57,274 nucleotides of DNA, from assembly GCA_947624105.1 (NCBI GenBank), contig CANQIX010000003.1, positions 1-57,274 of the forward strand. The letters run 5' to 3'. This DNA comes from an uncultured Clostridia bacterium (GTDB lineage: Bacteria > Bacillota > Clostridia > Christensenellales > UBA1242). A program made the translations under genes and the position numbers. The notes under the pieces are model-generated. The model saw nothing but the letters and a program-made list of their open reading frames with translations, did no database searches and was not told the origin of the DNA. Positions 37,419-46,535 of this stretch are shown here, one piece after another; position 1 is the stretch's first letter, and each line of letters begins with the position of its first letter.

Positions 37419-39227
37419 ATGACAACAGAGAAACAACTTAAGGAATTATGGTTTAAATTTTTCAAAGAGCACGGCTTTAAGCAAATCGATTCTTCTTCTA
37501 TCATACCAGAGAACGATGCAACTGTGCTGTTTACAACTGCAGGTATGCACCCACTTGTGCCATACCTTATTGGAGAAAAACACCCAGCAGGCAACAGAAT
37601 TTGCGATTATCAAAGATGCATAAGAACAACCGATATCGACAACGTTGGCGACAACAGCCACCTTACCTTTTTTGAAATGCTTGGAAACTGGTATTTAGGT
37701 GCTTGCCCAAAGGACGAAATGATTAGACTTTCTTGTGAATTTTTGACAAGCGAAAAATATCTTGGTATACCAAAGAACAGACTTGCCGTAACAGTGTTTG
37801 AGGGCGATGAGGTTGCTCCTCGTGATGAACTTAGTTACAAAACCTGGAAAGAGTGCGGAATCGAAGAGGTGTTTTACAAGGGCAAGGAAGACAACTGGTG
37901 GGCTCTTGGTGGTGGCGTAGGACCTTGCGGGCCAGACACCGAAATGTTCTATGACACCGGAAAGCCAAAATGTAGCAAAGATTGTTCTCCATCGTGCGAT
38001 TGTGGAAAATACATCGAAATTTGGAACGACGTTTTTATGCAATATGTCGTTGAAAAAGAGGGAGAAAAGGTAAGACTTCTTTCAAAGCCTAACATCGACA
38101 CTGGTATGGGACTTGAAAGAACGGTTATGATTTTGAATGGCGAAAAGAGTATTTACGACTTTGGAATTTTGCATAAAGTTATCGAGTTTATCGATTCAAA
38201 GGCAAAAGTTAAGTATGCAGAGAATATGCGCCCATACAGAATTATTGCCGACCACTTGCGCTCTTCGATGTTTATTTTAGGCGACGAAAAGGGAGTTGTT
38301 CCTTCAAACGTAGGACAAGGCTATGTTCTTAGAAGATTCATTCGTCGTGCAGTCAACTGCGCAAGAACTATATCGCTTGATGTGAAGTATTTTATGGATA
38401 TAATCGACATTTACACCGCTCACCACGGCGAAGATTATCCAGATATTAAGAAAAACAACCAATTTGTTAAAGACGAACTTTCTAAAGAAGTTGAAAAGTT
38501 TTCAAAGGCAATCGAAGAGGGACACAAGGAATTTGAAAAAGTTATAAGTGGCATCGAAAGACACAAAGAGTTTGCAAAAGCAAGCGGACAAGAGGTTGCA
38601 AGCGAACTTTCTGGCAAGGCTTGTTTTAGACTTTACGACACCTTCGGTTTTCCTTTTGAACTTACTAAGGAACTTGCCGCAGAACGCGGATACACTGTCG
38701 ACGAAGAGGGCTTTAATAAGGCATTTGCAGAGCATCAAGAAAAGAGTAGAACAGCATCTGCAGGAACATTTAAGGGCGGACTTGCTGACACATCAAATGA
38801 AAGCGCAAGATTGCACACAGCAACGCATCTACTTATGGCAGGACTTAGAAAGATGTTTGGACCACAAGTTATGCAAAAAGGTTCAAACATAACTCCAGAA
38901 AGATTGCGTCTTGACTTCAACGTAGACCACAAACTCACCGAAGAGGAAATTAAAAAACTTGAAGAGTTTGTAAATGATGCAATTTCGCAGGCTGTTCCAG
39001 TTACCTTTGAAGAACTTCCAATCGAGGAAGCGAAAAAGAGTGGGGCAGTGGGCGTGTTTGAAAGTAAATACGGCGAAAAGGTAAAAGTATACACAATTGG
39101 AAGCATTTCAAAAGAGATATGTGGCGGACCACACGCAAAAAACACCGCAGATTTGCATCACTTTAAAATATTAAAAGAAGAAAGTTCTTCTGCAGGTATA
39201 AGAAGAATTAAAGCGATACTTGACTAA
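37419..39227 (+). CDS. alaS: Alanine--tRNA ligase, short form without C-Ala domain
   Basis: LFTTAGM, HLTFFEMLGN, IDTGMGLER, LYDTFGFP, editing motifs HTATH and CGGPH; 602 aa. Confidence 0.95.
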   Translation: MTTEKQLKELWFKFFKEHGFKQIDSSSIIPENDATVLFTTAGMHPLVPYLIGEKHPAGNRICDYQRCIRTTDIDNVGDNSHLTFFEMLGNWYLGACPKDEMIRLSCEFLTSEKYLGIPKNRLAVTVFEGDEVAPRDELSYKTWKECGIEEVFYKGKEDNWWALGGGVGPCGPDTEMFYDTGKPKCSKDCSPSCDCGKYIEIWNDVFMQYVVEKEGEKVRLLSKPNIDTGMGLERTVMILNGEKSIYDFGILHKVIEFIDSKAKVKYAENMRPYRIIADHLRSSMFILGDEKGVVPSNVGQGYVLRRFIRRAVNCARTISLDVKYFMDIIDIYTAHHGEDYPDIKKNNQFVKDELSKEVEKFSKAIEEGHKEFEKVISGIERHKEFAKASGQEVASELSGKACFRLYDTFGFPFELTKELAAERGYTVDEEGFNKAFAEHQEKSRTASAGTFKGGLADTSNESARLHTATHLLMAGLRKMFGPQVMQKGSNITPERLRLDFNVDHKLTEEEIKKLEEFVNDAISQAVPVTFEELPIEEAKKSGAVGVFESKYGEKVKVYTIGSISKEICGGPHAKNTADLHHFKILKEESSSAGIRRIKAILD

Positions 39228-39243
39228 TTTTGCCGGTTAGTTA

Positions 39244-39272
39244 TTGACATAATGGCAGAAAAATGATATAAT
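39244..39272 (+). promoter_or_regulatory. Strong sigma-A promoter
   Basis: Perfect TTGACA-17 bp-(TGa)TATAAT. Confidence 0.8.
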
Positions 39273-39293
39273 ATAGTCAATAAGGAGGGAGAT

Positions 39294-40835
39294 ATGGCAC
39301 AAACAGGAATAAGAAAAGGGTTTTTCTTTTACTTCGGTTTGCTTGTTCTAGTTGTAATTGCAGTTGTGCTAGTTTGTATGACAGTTATGATTTTTTTACC
39401 TGGCACACCAGTTCTTTGGATGCAATACTTCACTAACAACAAAACTTACACAACAGTAAAACAGGACAGTGATAATGGTGAAAAAATTGACCTTGATTGG
39501 AGTAAGGTAAATAAAATTGTTGTAAATGCAGAAAATTATGCACACGTTGTCGTTAAAAACGACACAACTCCAAACTTGCCTAAAGTTGCAATCGTAAATA
39601 AGGCAAAGGGATTTGCACTTGCAAAAGATAAAGTAGATTCTACTTACAGCATCGTTCTTAAAGATGGGGTTCTTACAATCAGCGTAGATGTTCCATCAGG
39701 ATTTTTGAACATATCAAAAGACTACGACATCGTTATCAATGGAGTAAGTGAAAATACACAGGTATTTGATGGTAAAGAATTTATAATCACTACAGGTTCA
39801 GGAACTGTAGACTTTGGTGGAAGAGAGGAAACAATTTTCTATAAAAAACTTTCCGCTAAAAGCATCGATGTAACCACAACATCTGGTGAAATTCTATTCT
39901 CAGGACGCAACTTCAGCGACACTGCATTAGAGTCTTTGACAATTAAAACAGAATCTGGCAAAGTTGATATGAAAGTTCCAGGAAGTGCAGAGGTTAAAAT
40001 TAATGTTGACGGAAATGCAGAGCCAGAAACAGTAAAATTCTTTGGAGTAAAAAATAGTGTAAACCTTACAACTACTAAAGGTGGAATCAAATTTGAAACT
40101 TTAAAGACTGGCAATTTAACTATCACAAATGGCACAGGAACAATCAGCATTGGTTCAGTTGTAGCAGATGGCATCAAAATGGACGACTGCGAATCTGGAA
40201 TTTACGAATTCAACAAAATTATATTGAACAACAATGGTGAAATGAATTGGGCAGGTTCTGAAGACCACTTAGGATATGCAATTTTCAACGTTAAAGAAAG
40301 CCTTGAAGGAAATGTAAACATCTCTTCAAGTAAAAATTCTGATATGAAAGTTACAATTGCAAAACTTGCTGGAAACCTTAACATCGTTGGGGTAAACAGT
40401 GAAAACAACGGAACATCAGTTGACTTAACTGTTAATTCTGTTGTAAAAGGACAACTTAATGTTGAAGTTAATTCGGCAAACATCACCTATGCAAAAAATT
40501 CTGAAGCAGCAACCGACAGCATCACAGCAAAAGATGATTCTGTTATAACATTCAAAGGTGCAACAACAAGAAAAGTTACACTTCGTTGCAGCAAAGAAGT
40601 GCTTGTAAATGTTGTTTCTTCACTTAACTTCACATCAACTGCTTACACATCATACAAGGCTGATGAACCTGAAACAAATCAACTTAAAGGCGACGATAAG
40701 ATTAACGTATCAATTGATAACGCTCCACAAAACAAGAACCCATTAGTAATTGGAGAAAATGGAGCAGAGTTGATTATCGTAACAGGCGACACATTAACTT
40801 ATAGAACTATTGCTGAAGAACAAGAAGCAGCCTAA
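39294..40835 (+). CDS. Membrane-anchored beta-strand-repeat protein (DUF4097/adhesin-like)
   Basis: N-terminal TM followed by repeated xTTxSGxV/I units (ITTGSGTV, VTTTSGEI, IKTESGKV, LTTTKGGI, ITNGTGTI). Confidence 0.6.
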   Translation: MAQTGIRKGFFFYFGLLVLVVIAVVLVCMTVMIFLPGTPVLWMQYFTNNKTYTTVKQDSDNGEKIDLDWSKVNKIVVNAENYAHVVVKNDTTPNLPKVAIVNKAKGFALAKDKVDSTYSIVLKDGVLTISVDVPSGFLNISKDYDIVINGVSENTQVFDGKEFIITTGSGTVDFGGREETIFYKKLSAKSIDVTTTSGEILFSGRNFSDTALESLTIKTESGKVDMKVPGSAEVKINVDGNAEPETVKFFGVKNSVNLTTTKGGIKFETLKTGNLTITNGTGTISIGSVVADGIKMDDCESGIYEFNKIILNNNGEMNWAGSEDHLGYAIFNVKESLEGNVNISSSKNSDMKVTIAKLAGNLNIVGVNSENNGTSVDLTVNSVVKGQLNVEVNSANITYAKNSEAATDSITAKDDSVITFKGATTRKVTLRCSKEVLVNVVSSLNFTSTAYTSYKADEPETNQLKGDDKINVSIDNAPQNKNPLVIGENGAELIIVTGDTLTYRTIAEEQEAA

Positions 40836-40846
40836 GATAAAAATAG

Positions 40847-40877
40847 AAAGGTGGATTGATTGTCAATCCACTTTTTT
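40847..40877 (+). terminator. Intrinsic terminator
   Basis: gtggattga-ttg-tcaatccac plus T tract. Confidence 0.75.
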
Positions 40878-40968
40878 ATTTCTAAAAGTTGTTTGTTGGC
40901 GATGTAAACGCATAGTTTTGTTTTGATTTTTTTCTTCGATTTGTTATAATTTTGAGGTGGAGGTCGAG

Positions 40969-42501
40969 ATGAAGAAGATAAATTTAATTGCAAAAAAACT
41001 TAACTTGAAAAAAGAAAATCTCGAAACCTATGGAGATTATAAGGCGAAGATAAAAAATTATAGTCAAAATCCAAAAGGCAAACTGATTCTTGTAACGGCG
41101 ATCACACCAACCAAAAGCGGAGAGGGAAAGACAACTGTGTCTATTGGGCTTGCTGATGGACTTAATTTATTAAACAAAAACGTCTGTCTTGCCTTGCGAG
41201 AACCATCACTTGGGCCAGTTTTTGGAATGAAAGGTGGTGCGGTTGGTGGAGGTAAGTCGTTAGTTGTGCCAAGCGATGACATAAACTTGCACTTTACAGG
41301 CGATATGCATGCAATAACGGCAGCAAACAACCTTCTGTGTGCGCTTATCGACAATCACATTTTCCAAGGAAATGACCTAGATTTCCAAACAGTTGTATTT
41401 AATCGCTGTATGGATATGAACGACAGAAGCCTTAGGATTATTACGATAAATCAAGAGAAACTTAAAAACAACAAAGAGCGCAAGGAAAGTTTTGTTATTA
41501 CACCAGCGAGTGAAATTATGGCAATTCTCTGCTTGCACACCAGCGAAGAGGATTTAAGAGATAGGCTAGATAACATAATTGTTGGCTATAACTCTAAAAA
41601 GCAACCAATTTACGCAAAACAACTTTGCTCCACAGATGCACTTTTGATTTTGCTTAAAGAGGCGATAAAACCAAACCTAGTTCAAACGACAATAGGAACG
41701 CCAGCGATAATTCACGGTGGACCTTTTGCAAATATTGCACACGGTTGCAACAGCATTGTGGCAACAAAAACCGCGCTTTCACTTGCCGACTATGTTGTTA
41801 CTGAGGCGGGTTTTGGTTCTGACCTTGGTGCAGAAAAGTTTTTCGACTTAAAGTGCAGAGTGGGAAAACTTGACCCATCTGTTGTTGTGGTTGTTGCAAC
41901 TGTTAGGGCGATAAAGCAAAATGGCGTTCAAAATGGACTTGAAAACTTAAAAAGGCATATACAAAATATAACAAAACTGTTCAACAAAAAGTGCGTTGTG
42001 GCAATCAATCATTTTGAAGGCGACAGTGAGGAAGATATCGAGATGATAAAGCGCAGTTGCAAATGTCCTTGTGTAGTTTGCTATCCATTTACTGAGGGTG
42101 GCAAGGGTTGTGTTGCTTTGGCGCAAGCAGTTTTAGATAATATCGACAATACAAACAAACTTAAATTTGCATACAACCTAAAGGACGGCATAAAGCAGAA
42201 GATATTTGACATTGCAAGCAAAGTTTATGGCGCAGTTGATGTTGAATATGAAAGTGGCGTAGAAGAGAAAATTGCACAGTATGAAGATATTGCAAAGGGC
42301 TATCCGGTTGTGATAGCAAAAACACAATATTCCTTCTCCGATGATGACAATCTTGTTGGTGCTCCAAAATTTACACTTAAGATTAGAGATGTCGAGGTTA
42401 AGAATGGGGCGAGATTTGTTGTTGCGATTGCAGGGAAAATCAACTTGATGCCAGGACTTCCAAAAGTTCCTAACAGCGTCAATATGAAATATAAAAATTG
42501 A
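40969..42501 (+). CDS. fhs: Formate--tetrahydrofolate ligase
   Basis: TPTKSGEGKTT, REPSLGPVFGMKGG, HGGPFANIAHG, TEAGFGSDLG, MPGLP. Confidence 0.96.
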   Translation: MKKINLIAKKLNLKKENLETYGDYKAKIKNYSQNPKGKLILVTAITPTKSGEGKTTVSIGLADGLNLLNKNVCLALREPSLGPVFGMKGGAVGGGKSLVVPSDDINLHFTGDMHAITAANNLLCALIDNHIFQGNDLDFQTVVFNRCMDMNDRSLRIITINQEKLKNNKERKESFVITPASEIMAILCLHTSEEDLRDRLDNIIVGYNSKKQPIYAKQLCSTDALLILLKEAIKPNLVQTTIGTPAIIHGGPFANIAHGCNSIVATKTALSLADYVVTEAGFGSDLGAEKFFDLKCRVGKLDPSVVVVVATVRAIKQNGVQNGLENLKRHIQNITKLFNKKCVVAINHFEGDSEEDIEMIKRSCKCPCVVCYPFTEGGKGCVALAQAVLDNIDNTNKLKFAYNLKDGIKQKIFDIASKVYGAVDVEYESGVEEKIAQYEDIAKGYPVVIAKTQYSFSDDDNLVGAPKFTLKIRDVEVKNGARFVVAIAGKINLMPGLPKVPNSVNMKYKN

Positions 42502-42507
42502 GAAAAT

Positions 42508-43596
42508 ATGGCAAAAAGAAGAGAAAAAGTTAAAATTAGGATAAGAAATTATTGGATATTTGCGCTAGTATTGGTGATAGTGCTAGTTGGCGTTTTTATT
42601 TGCTATGATCCGTTCAACTGGTTTACGCCAAAAGCAACTGCCGATATTTCAATTCATTTTTTGGAACTCGGCAACAAAAACGCTGGCGATTGCATCTACA
42701 TCAAATGTAGAGAAAATGACATACTTGTTGACGCCGGTTCGAAGCGCACTTCCGCTTCAACAATAGCAAACTATTTAAAAAATTATGTAACAGACAACAA
42801 ACTTGAATATGTGATTGCAACTCACGCCGATCAAGATCATATCTCTGCCTTTGCCGGAAGTAGTAGCGTTCAGGGGATTTTTGACAGGTATGACACAGAT
42901 ATAATTATTGATTTTCCTAAGACCAACAAAAACACACAAATTTTGCAAGATTACTATGCAAAGCGCGATGCCGAAGTGCAGAAAGGTGCAAAGCATTATT
43001 CTGCGCTAGAGTGCTATAACAATGAAAATGGTGCTCAGCGGGTTTGGTCGATAAGCGATGGCATTCAACTTGAAATCCTTTACAACTACTATTATGAAAA
43101 CTATTCGGCGGACGAAAACAACTATTCAGTTTGCTTCATTATAAACAATGGCGACCAACACTACCTTTTCACAGGCGACTTAGAGGAATCTGGAGAGACA
43201 AAATTGGTGGAGAATAACAATCTTCCAAGATGCGAATTGTTCAAGGCCGGACATCACGGCTCTAAAACCTCTTCAAATACTGTGCTGCTTGATGTGATAA
43301 GGCCAAAATATTCTGTTGTGTGTTGCTGCGCCGGAAGTGATGAATATACTTCCACCCCAAGCAATCAATTTCCAACTCAGGCATATATCGACCGAATTTC
43401 AAAATACACAAGCAACGTTTATGTTACAACCGTTGTCGATGGAAATTCTTACACTTCGATGAACGGCAACGTTGTGTTTAAGGTGGACAAGGGAAATATC
43501 ACTGTAACTGGGTCAAATAACACAACTCCACTTAAAGACACTCAGTGGTTTAAAGAAAACAGAACTTGTCCGCAAGAATGGAAGAGTGCTGCATAA
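42508..43596 (+). CDS. Membrane-anchored ComEC/Rec2-type MBL-fold hydrolase
   Basis: GDCI, LVDAG, THADQDH, FTGD, GHHGS; single N-terminal TM. Confidence 0.85.
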   Translation: MAKRREKVKIRIRNYWIFALVLVIVLVGVFICYDPFNWFTPKATADISIHFLELGNKNAGDCIYIKCRENDILVDAGSKRTSASTIANYLKNYVTDNKLEYVIATHADQDHISAFAGSSSVQGIFDRYDTDIIIDFPKTNKNTQILQDYYAKRDAEVQKGAKHYSALECYNNENGAQRVWSISDGIQLEILYNYYYENYSADENNYSVCFIINNGDQHYLFTGDLEESGETKLVENNNLPRCELFKAGHHGSKTSSNTVLLDVIRPKYSVVCCCAGSDEYTSTPSNQFPTQAYIDRISKYTSNVYVTTVVDGNSYTSMNGNVVFKVDKGNITVTGSNNTTPLKDTQWFKENRTCPQEWKSAA

Positions 43597-43629
43597 AAAA
43601 AGCATATCAATCGATATGCTTATTTTTTT
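43595..43629. terminator. Bidirectional terminator between convergent genes
   Basis: aagcatatc-aatc-gatatgctt flanked by A and T tracts. Confidence 0.7.
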
Positions 43630-44330
43630 AAATATATCAAAAATTCGGTATTTCCAGAGCCACCTTTGATGGGCGATTCGATAAGTCCACACACCGAAAA
43701 ACCTTCGTTTTTGAAGCAAAATTCGATGTTTTTTATGATTTTTTCGTGCATTTTTGTATCTTTTACAATTCCTTTGTGTTTTCTGGCATATTCAGGCCCG
43801 CACTCAAATTGTGGTTTTATTAGGGCGACTATCTCAATGTTTTTAAAGTCGCTTCCAAGTTTTTTGGCGAGTTTTGTTAGGCTTATAAACGATACGTCGA
43901 TAACGACAAAATTTACATCACTCTCTACCTTATAGTCTAGATAGTTGTGTTTTGAAAGGTCGACAACTTTTTTATCAGTTTTGATTTTTTCGTGGAGTTG
44001 ATTTTCTCCAGTGTCAATGGCATACACCTTTTTTGCTCCGTTTTGCAAGGCGACATCACTAAATCCGCCAGTCGAAGCGCCAATGTCTAAAACTGTTTTG
44101 CCGTTAAGGTCGATGCCAAACTCTTCGATTGCCTTTTGGAGTTTGAATCCACCACGGGAAACAAATTCAAATGGGAGAGTATCAAAAGTTGCGCTTTCAT
44201 CACATAAGGTTGCTGGTTTTGTAATAGTTACTCCGTTTACCTTCACTCTTGAAGAGGCGATTGCTTGCCGTGCTTTTTCGCGCGTTGGGTATAAGGCCTT
44301 TTCCTTTAAGATTATGTCTAGTCGTTGCAT
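43620..44330 (-). CDS. tlyA: TlyA-family rRNA 2'-O-methyltransferase
   Basis: S4 domain, FVSRGGFKL, DIGASTGGF, DVSFISL, LIKPQFE, GNTEFL. Confidence 0.93.
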   Translation of the reverse strand: MQRLDIILKEKALYPTREKARQAIASSRVKVNGVTITKPATLCDESATFDTLPFEFVSRGGFKLQKAIEEFGIDLNGKTVLDIGASTGGFSDVALQNGAKKVYAIDTGENQLHEKIKTDKKVVDLSKHNYLDYKVESDVNFVVIDVSFISLTKLAKKLGSDFKNIEIVALIKPQFECGPEYARKHKGIVKDTKMHEKIIKNIEFCFKNEGFSVCGLIESPIKGGSGNTEFLIYLKK

Positions 44331-45731
44331 TTACTTTATCTTCTCAACCCTTAAAAGATTGCTGCCGCTTTTGCCAGCCTTCATTCCGCCAGTCTGCACA
44401 ATCTTATCGCCTTTTTTAACAAGCCCTGTTTCTTTTGTTCTCTCTATTCCGCTCTTTAAGACTTCCTCAGTAGTGGCGTATTTCTTCTCCAAAACTGGAA
44501 TAACGCCATAGAGCATACTCATCTGGTGAAAGGCTTTTACGTTAGGGGTGCAGGCGACAATTGGAATGTTTGGTCTAAATCTACTTACATATTTTGCTGT
44601 GTCGCCGGTTTGTGTAACAACATTGATTGCTTTTACGTTTTCTGTCTGTGCAAGGCTACATACTGCATAGCCGATACTCGAAGTTGTGTTGTGCGTTTTG
44701 AAGTCGACCAGTTTGTTGCTGACATATTTTTCAACTTCTTCGGCGATGTTTTTCATTGCTTGGGTTGCTTCAACAGGATATTTTCCTGACGCAGTTTCGC
44801 CAGAGAGCATTATTGCAGTTGCGTGGTCGTATATTGCGTTTGCAACGTCGGAAATCTCAGCACGGGTTGGACGCTTGTTGGAAATCATACTTTCAAGCAT
44901 CTGGGTGGCTATTATGGAAATTTTGCCGTTTTCATTCAATTTTTTGATAAATTGTTTCTGCAAAATTGGAAGTTTTACATAATCTACTTCCACACCAAGG
45001 TCGCCACGGGCAACCATAACGCCATCGGAAACAGTCATAATTTCATCAAAATTTTGCACTCCTTGTGCACTTTCAATCTTTGAAATTATCTTTATGTTTT
45101 CAAAATGAATCTCTTTTAAATATCTCTTTATATCCATTACATCTTTCTTTGAATTTACAAAAGAAAGGGCAAGATAGTCGACATTCATTTCCTTTGCAAA
45201 GGCGATATCGCTTTTATCTTGTGCGCTTAGATATTCAATGCCGGTTTCGATGCCCGGAACGTTAATACTCTTGTGGTTCGATAGTTCTCCGGCAGAGGTT
45301 ACAACGCAGTGAACATCGGTTTTTGTAAGTGATTCCACTTCAAGTTCAACGATGCCATCGTTAAGCAAAATTTTATTTCCTTTTTCAAGTTTTTGTGGAA
45401 GTTGTTTGTATGTTACAGAAACGATACTTTGGTCGCCAAGCACATCTCTTGTTGTAAGGGTGAATTTGTCGCCAAGGTTAAGATAGATGTTTCTGTTTTT
45501 GAAGTCTTTTATTCTAATTTCTGGACCTCTGGTGTCAACCATAAGGGCGATTGCTTTGTTTAATCTTTTTCTAACAGCCTTGATTGCGTCAATAAGTTTT
45601 TTGTGCGATTCGTGTGTGCCGTGGCTCATATTGAATCGCGAAACGCTCATTCCGGCAAGCGCCAATTTTTCAATCATCTCTTCGGTTTCGCAAGATGGAC
45701 CGATGGAACAAATTATTTTTGTTTTATTCAT
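44331..45731 (-). CDS. pyk: Pyruvate kinase
   Basis: KTKIICSIGP, RFNMSHG, ISKIE, MVARGDLGVE, ATQMLESM, MLSGETA. Confidence 0.97.
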   Translation of the reverse strand: MNKTKIICSIGPSCETEEMIEKLALAGMSVSRFNMSHGTHESHKKLIDAIKAVRKRLNKAIALMVDTRGPEIRIKDFKNRNIYLNLGDKFTLTTRDVLGDQSIVSVTYKQLPQKLEKGNKILLNDGIVELEVESLTKTDVHCVVTSAGELSNHKSINVPGIETGIEYLSAQDKSDIAFAKEMNVDYLALSFVNSKKDVMDIKRYLKEIHFENIKIISKIESAQGVQNFDEIMTVSDGVMVARGDLGVEVDYVKLPILQKQFIKKLNENGKISIIATQMLESMISNKRPTRAEISDVANAIYDHATAIMLSGETASGKYPVEATQAMKNIAEEVEKYVSNKLVDFKTHNTTSSIGYAVCSLAQTENVKAINVVTQTGDTAKYVSRFRPNIPIVACTPNVKAFHQMSMLYGVIPVLEKKYATTEEVLKSGIERTKETGLVKKGDKIVQTGGMKAGKSGSNLLRVEKIK

Positions 45732-45929
45732 ATATCACTCCTTATAAAAATTTTATCAAACAATCTAAAAAATTGCAAACAAATTAAGTTATTAGCAAGT
45801 TATTTTGACTGTTTTTGGCGATTAAGCCGTTTTGCCCTTTGATTTTATCTCGAATTTGCAACTTTTTGCACAAAAATAGTTGTTTTATGATTTCTATTGT
45901 GTTAAAATAACACATATAGGAGAAAATCT

Positions 45930-46163
45930 ATGGAAAAATTATGGCTTAAAATTTGCGAGTGGGTTATGTCTTGGCCACAAACAGTATTTGTGCTTGTAAC
46001 AATCGCAGCAATCGCTTTAGGGCTTCTTTGCATTATGGGCTTTGTAAAAGATTCATACACAGCAAAGAAAGATAAAAAACTTAAATGGGGAAAACTTGTG
46101 CTGTTTATCCTTTTTGCAATTATTGTTGTGCTAGTTTGCTGTGCTAGATTTGCTCAAATCTAA
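45930..46163 (+). CDS. Small membrane protein
   Basis: 77 aa with two TM segments, AGGAG RBS. Confidence 0.65.
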   Translation: MEKLWLKICEWVMSWPQTVFVLVTIAAIALGLLCIMGFVKDSYTAKKDKKLKWGKLVLFILFAIIVVLVCCARFAQI

Positions 46164-46190
46164 TTTACAACTAAATTTAAAGGAGAGATC

Positions 46191-46535
46191 ATGAATCATT
46201 TACTTGCATTAGGGACAAAAACAGTTAAGGCTTTTGCTGAAAACGAAGTTGCTATTCCAACTTGGGTTTCGGCATCTTTTCCTATCATTAGGATTGTTTT
46301 GTTTTGTATAATTGCTGTTGCTGCTATCATTATGATAGTTGCAGTGCTTTTCCAATCGGAAGATGCGGGAAACACAACAGCAATTACTGGCGGACAAGAT
46401 ACTTACTATTCTCAAAACCGCAACACATCGAAAGATGGAAGACTTAAAATAATCACTATTGTAATGGGAATCACAATTTTTGTTTGTGCCATCTTGTATT
46501 TCATCACTATTTTACCATTTGGCGGATTGGAATAA
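46191..46535 (+). CDS. secG: Preprotein translocase subunit SecG
   Basis: VLFQ...AITGG loop between two TMs; secG-rnr-smpB-ssrA synteny. Confidence 0.85.
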   Translation: MNHLLALGTKTVKAFAENEVAIPTWVSASFPIIRIVLFCIIAVAAIIMIVAVLFQSEDAGNTTAITGGQDTYYSQNRNTSKDGRLKIITIVMGITIFVCAILYFITILPFGGLE

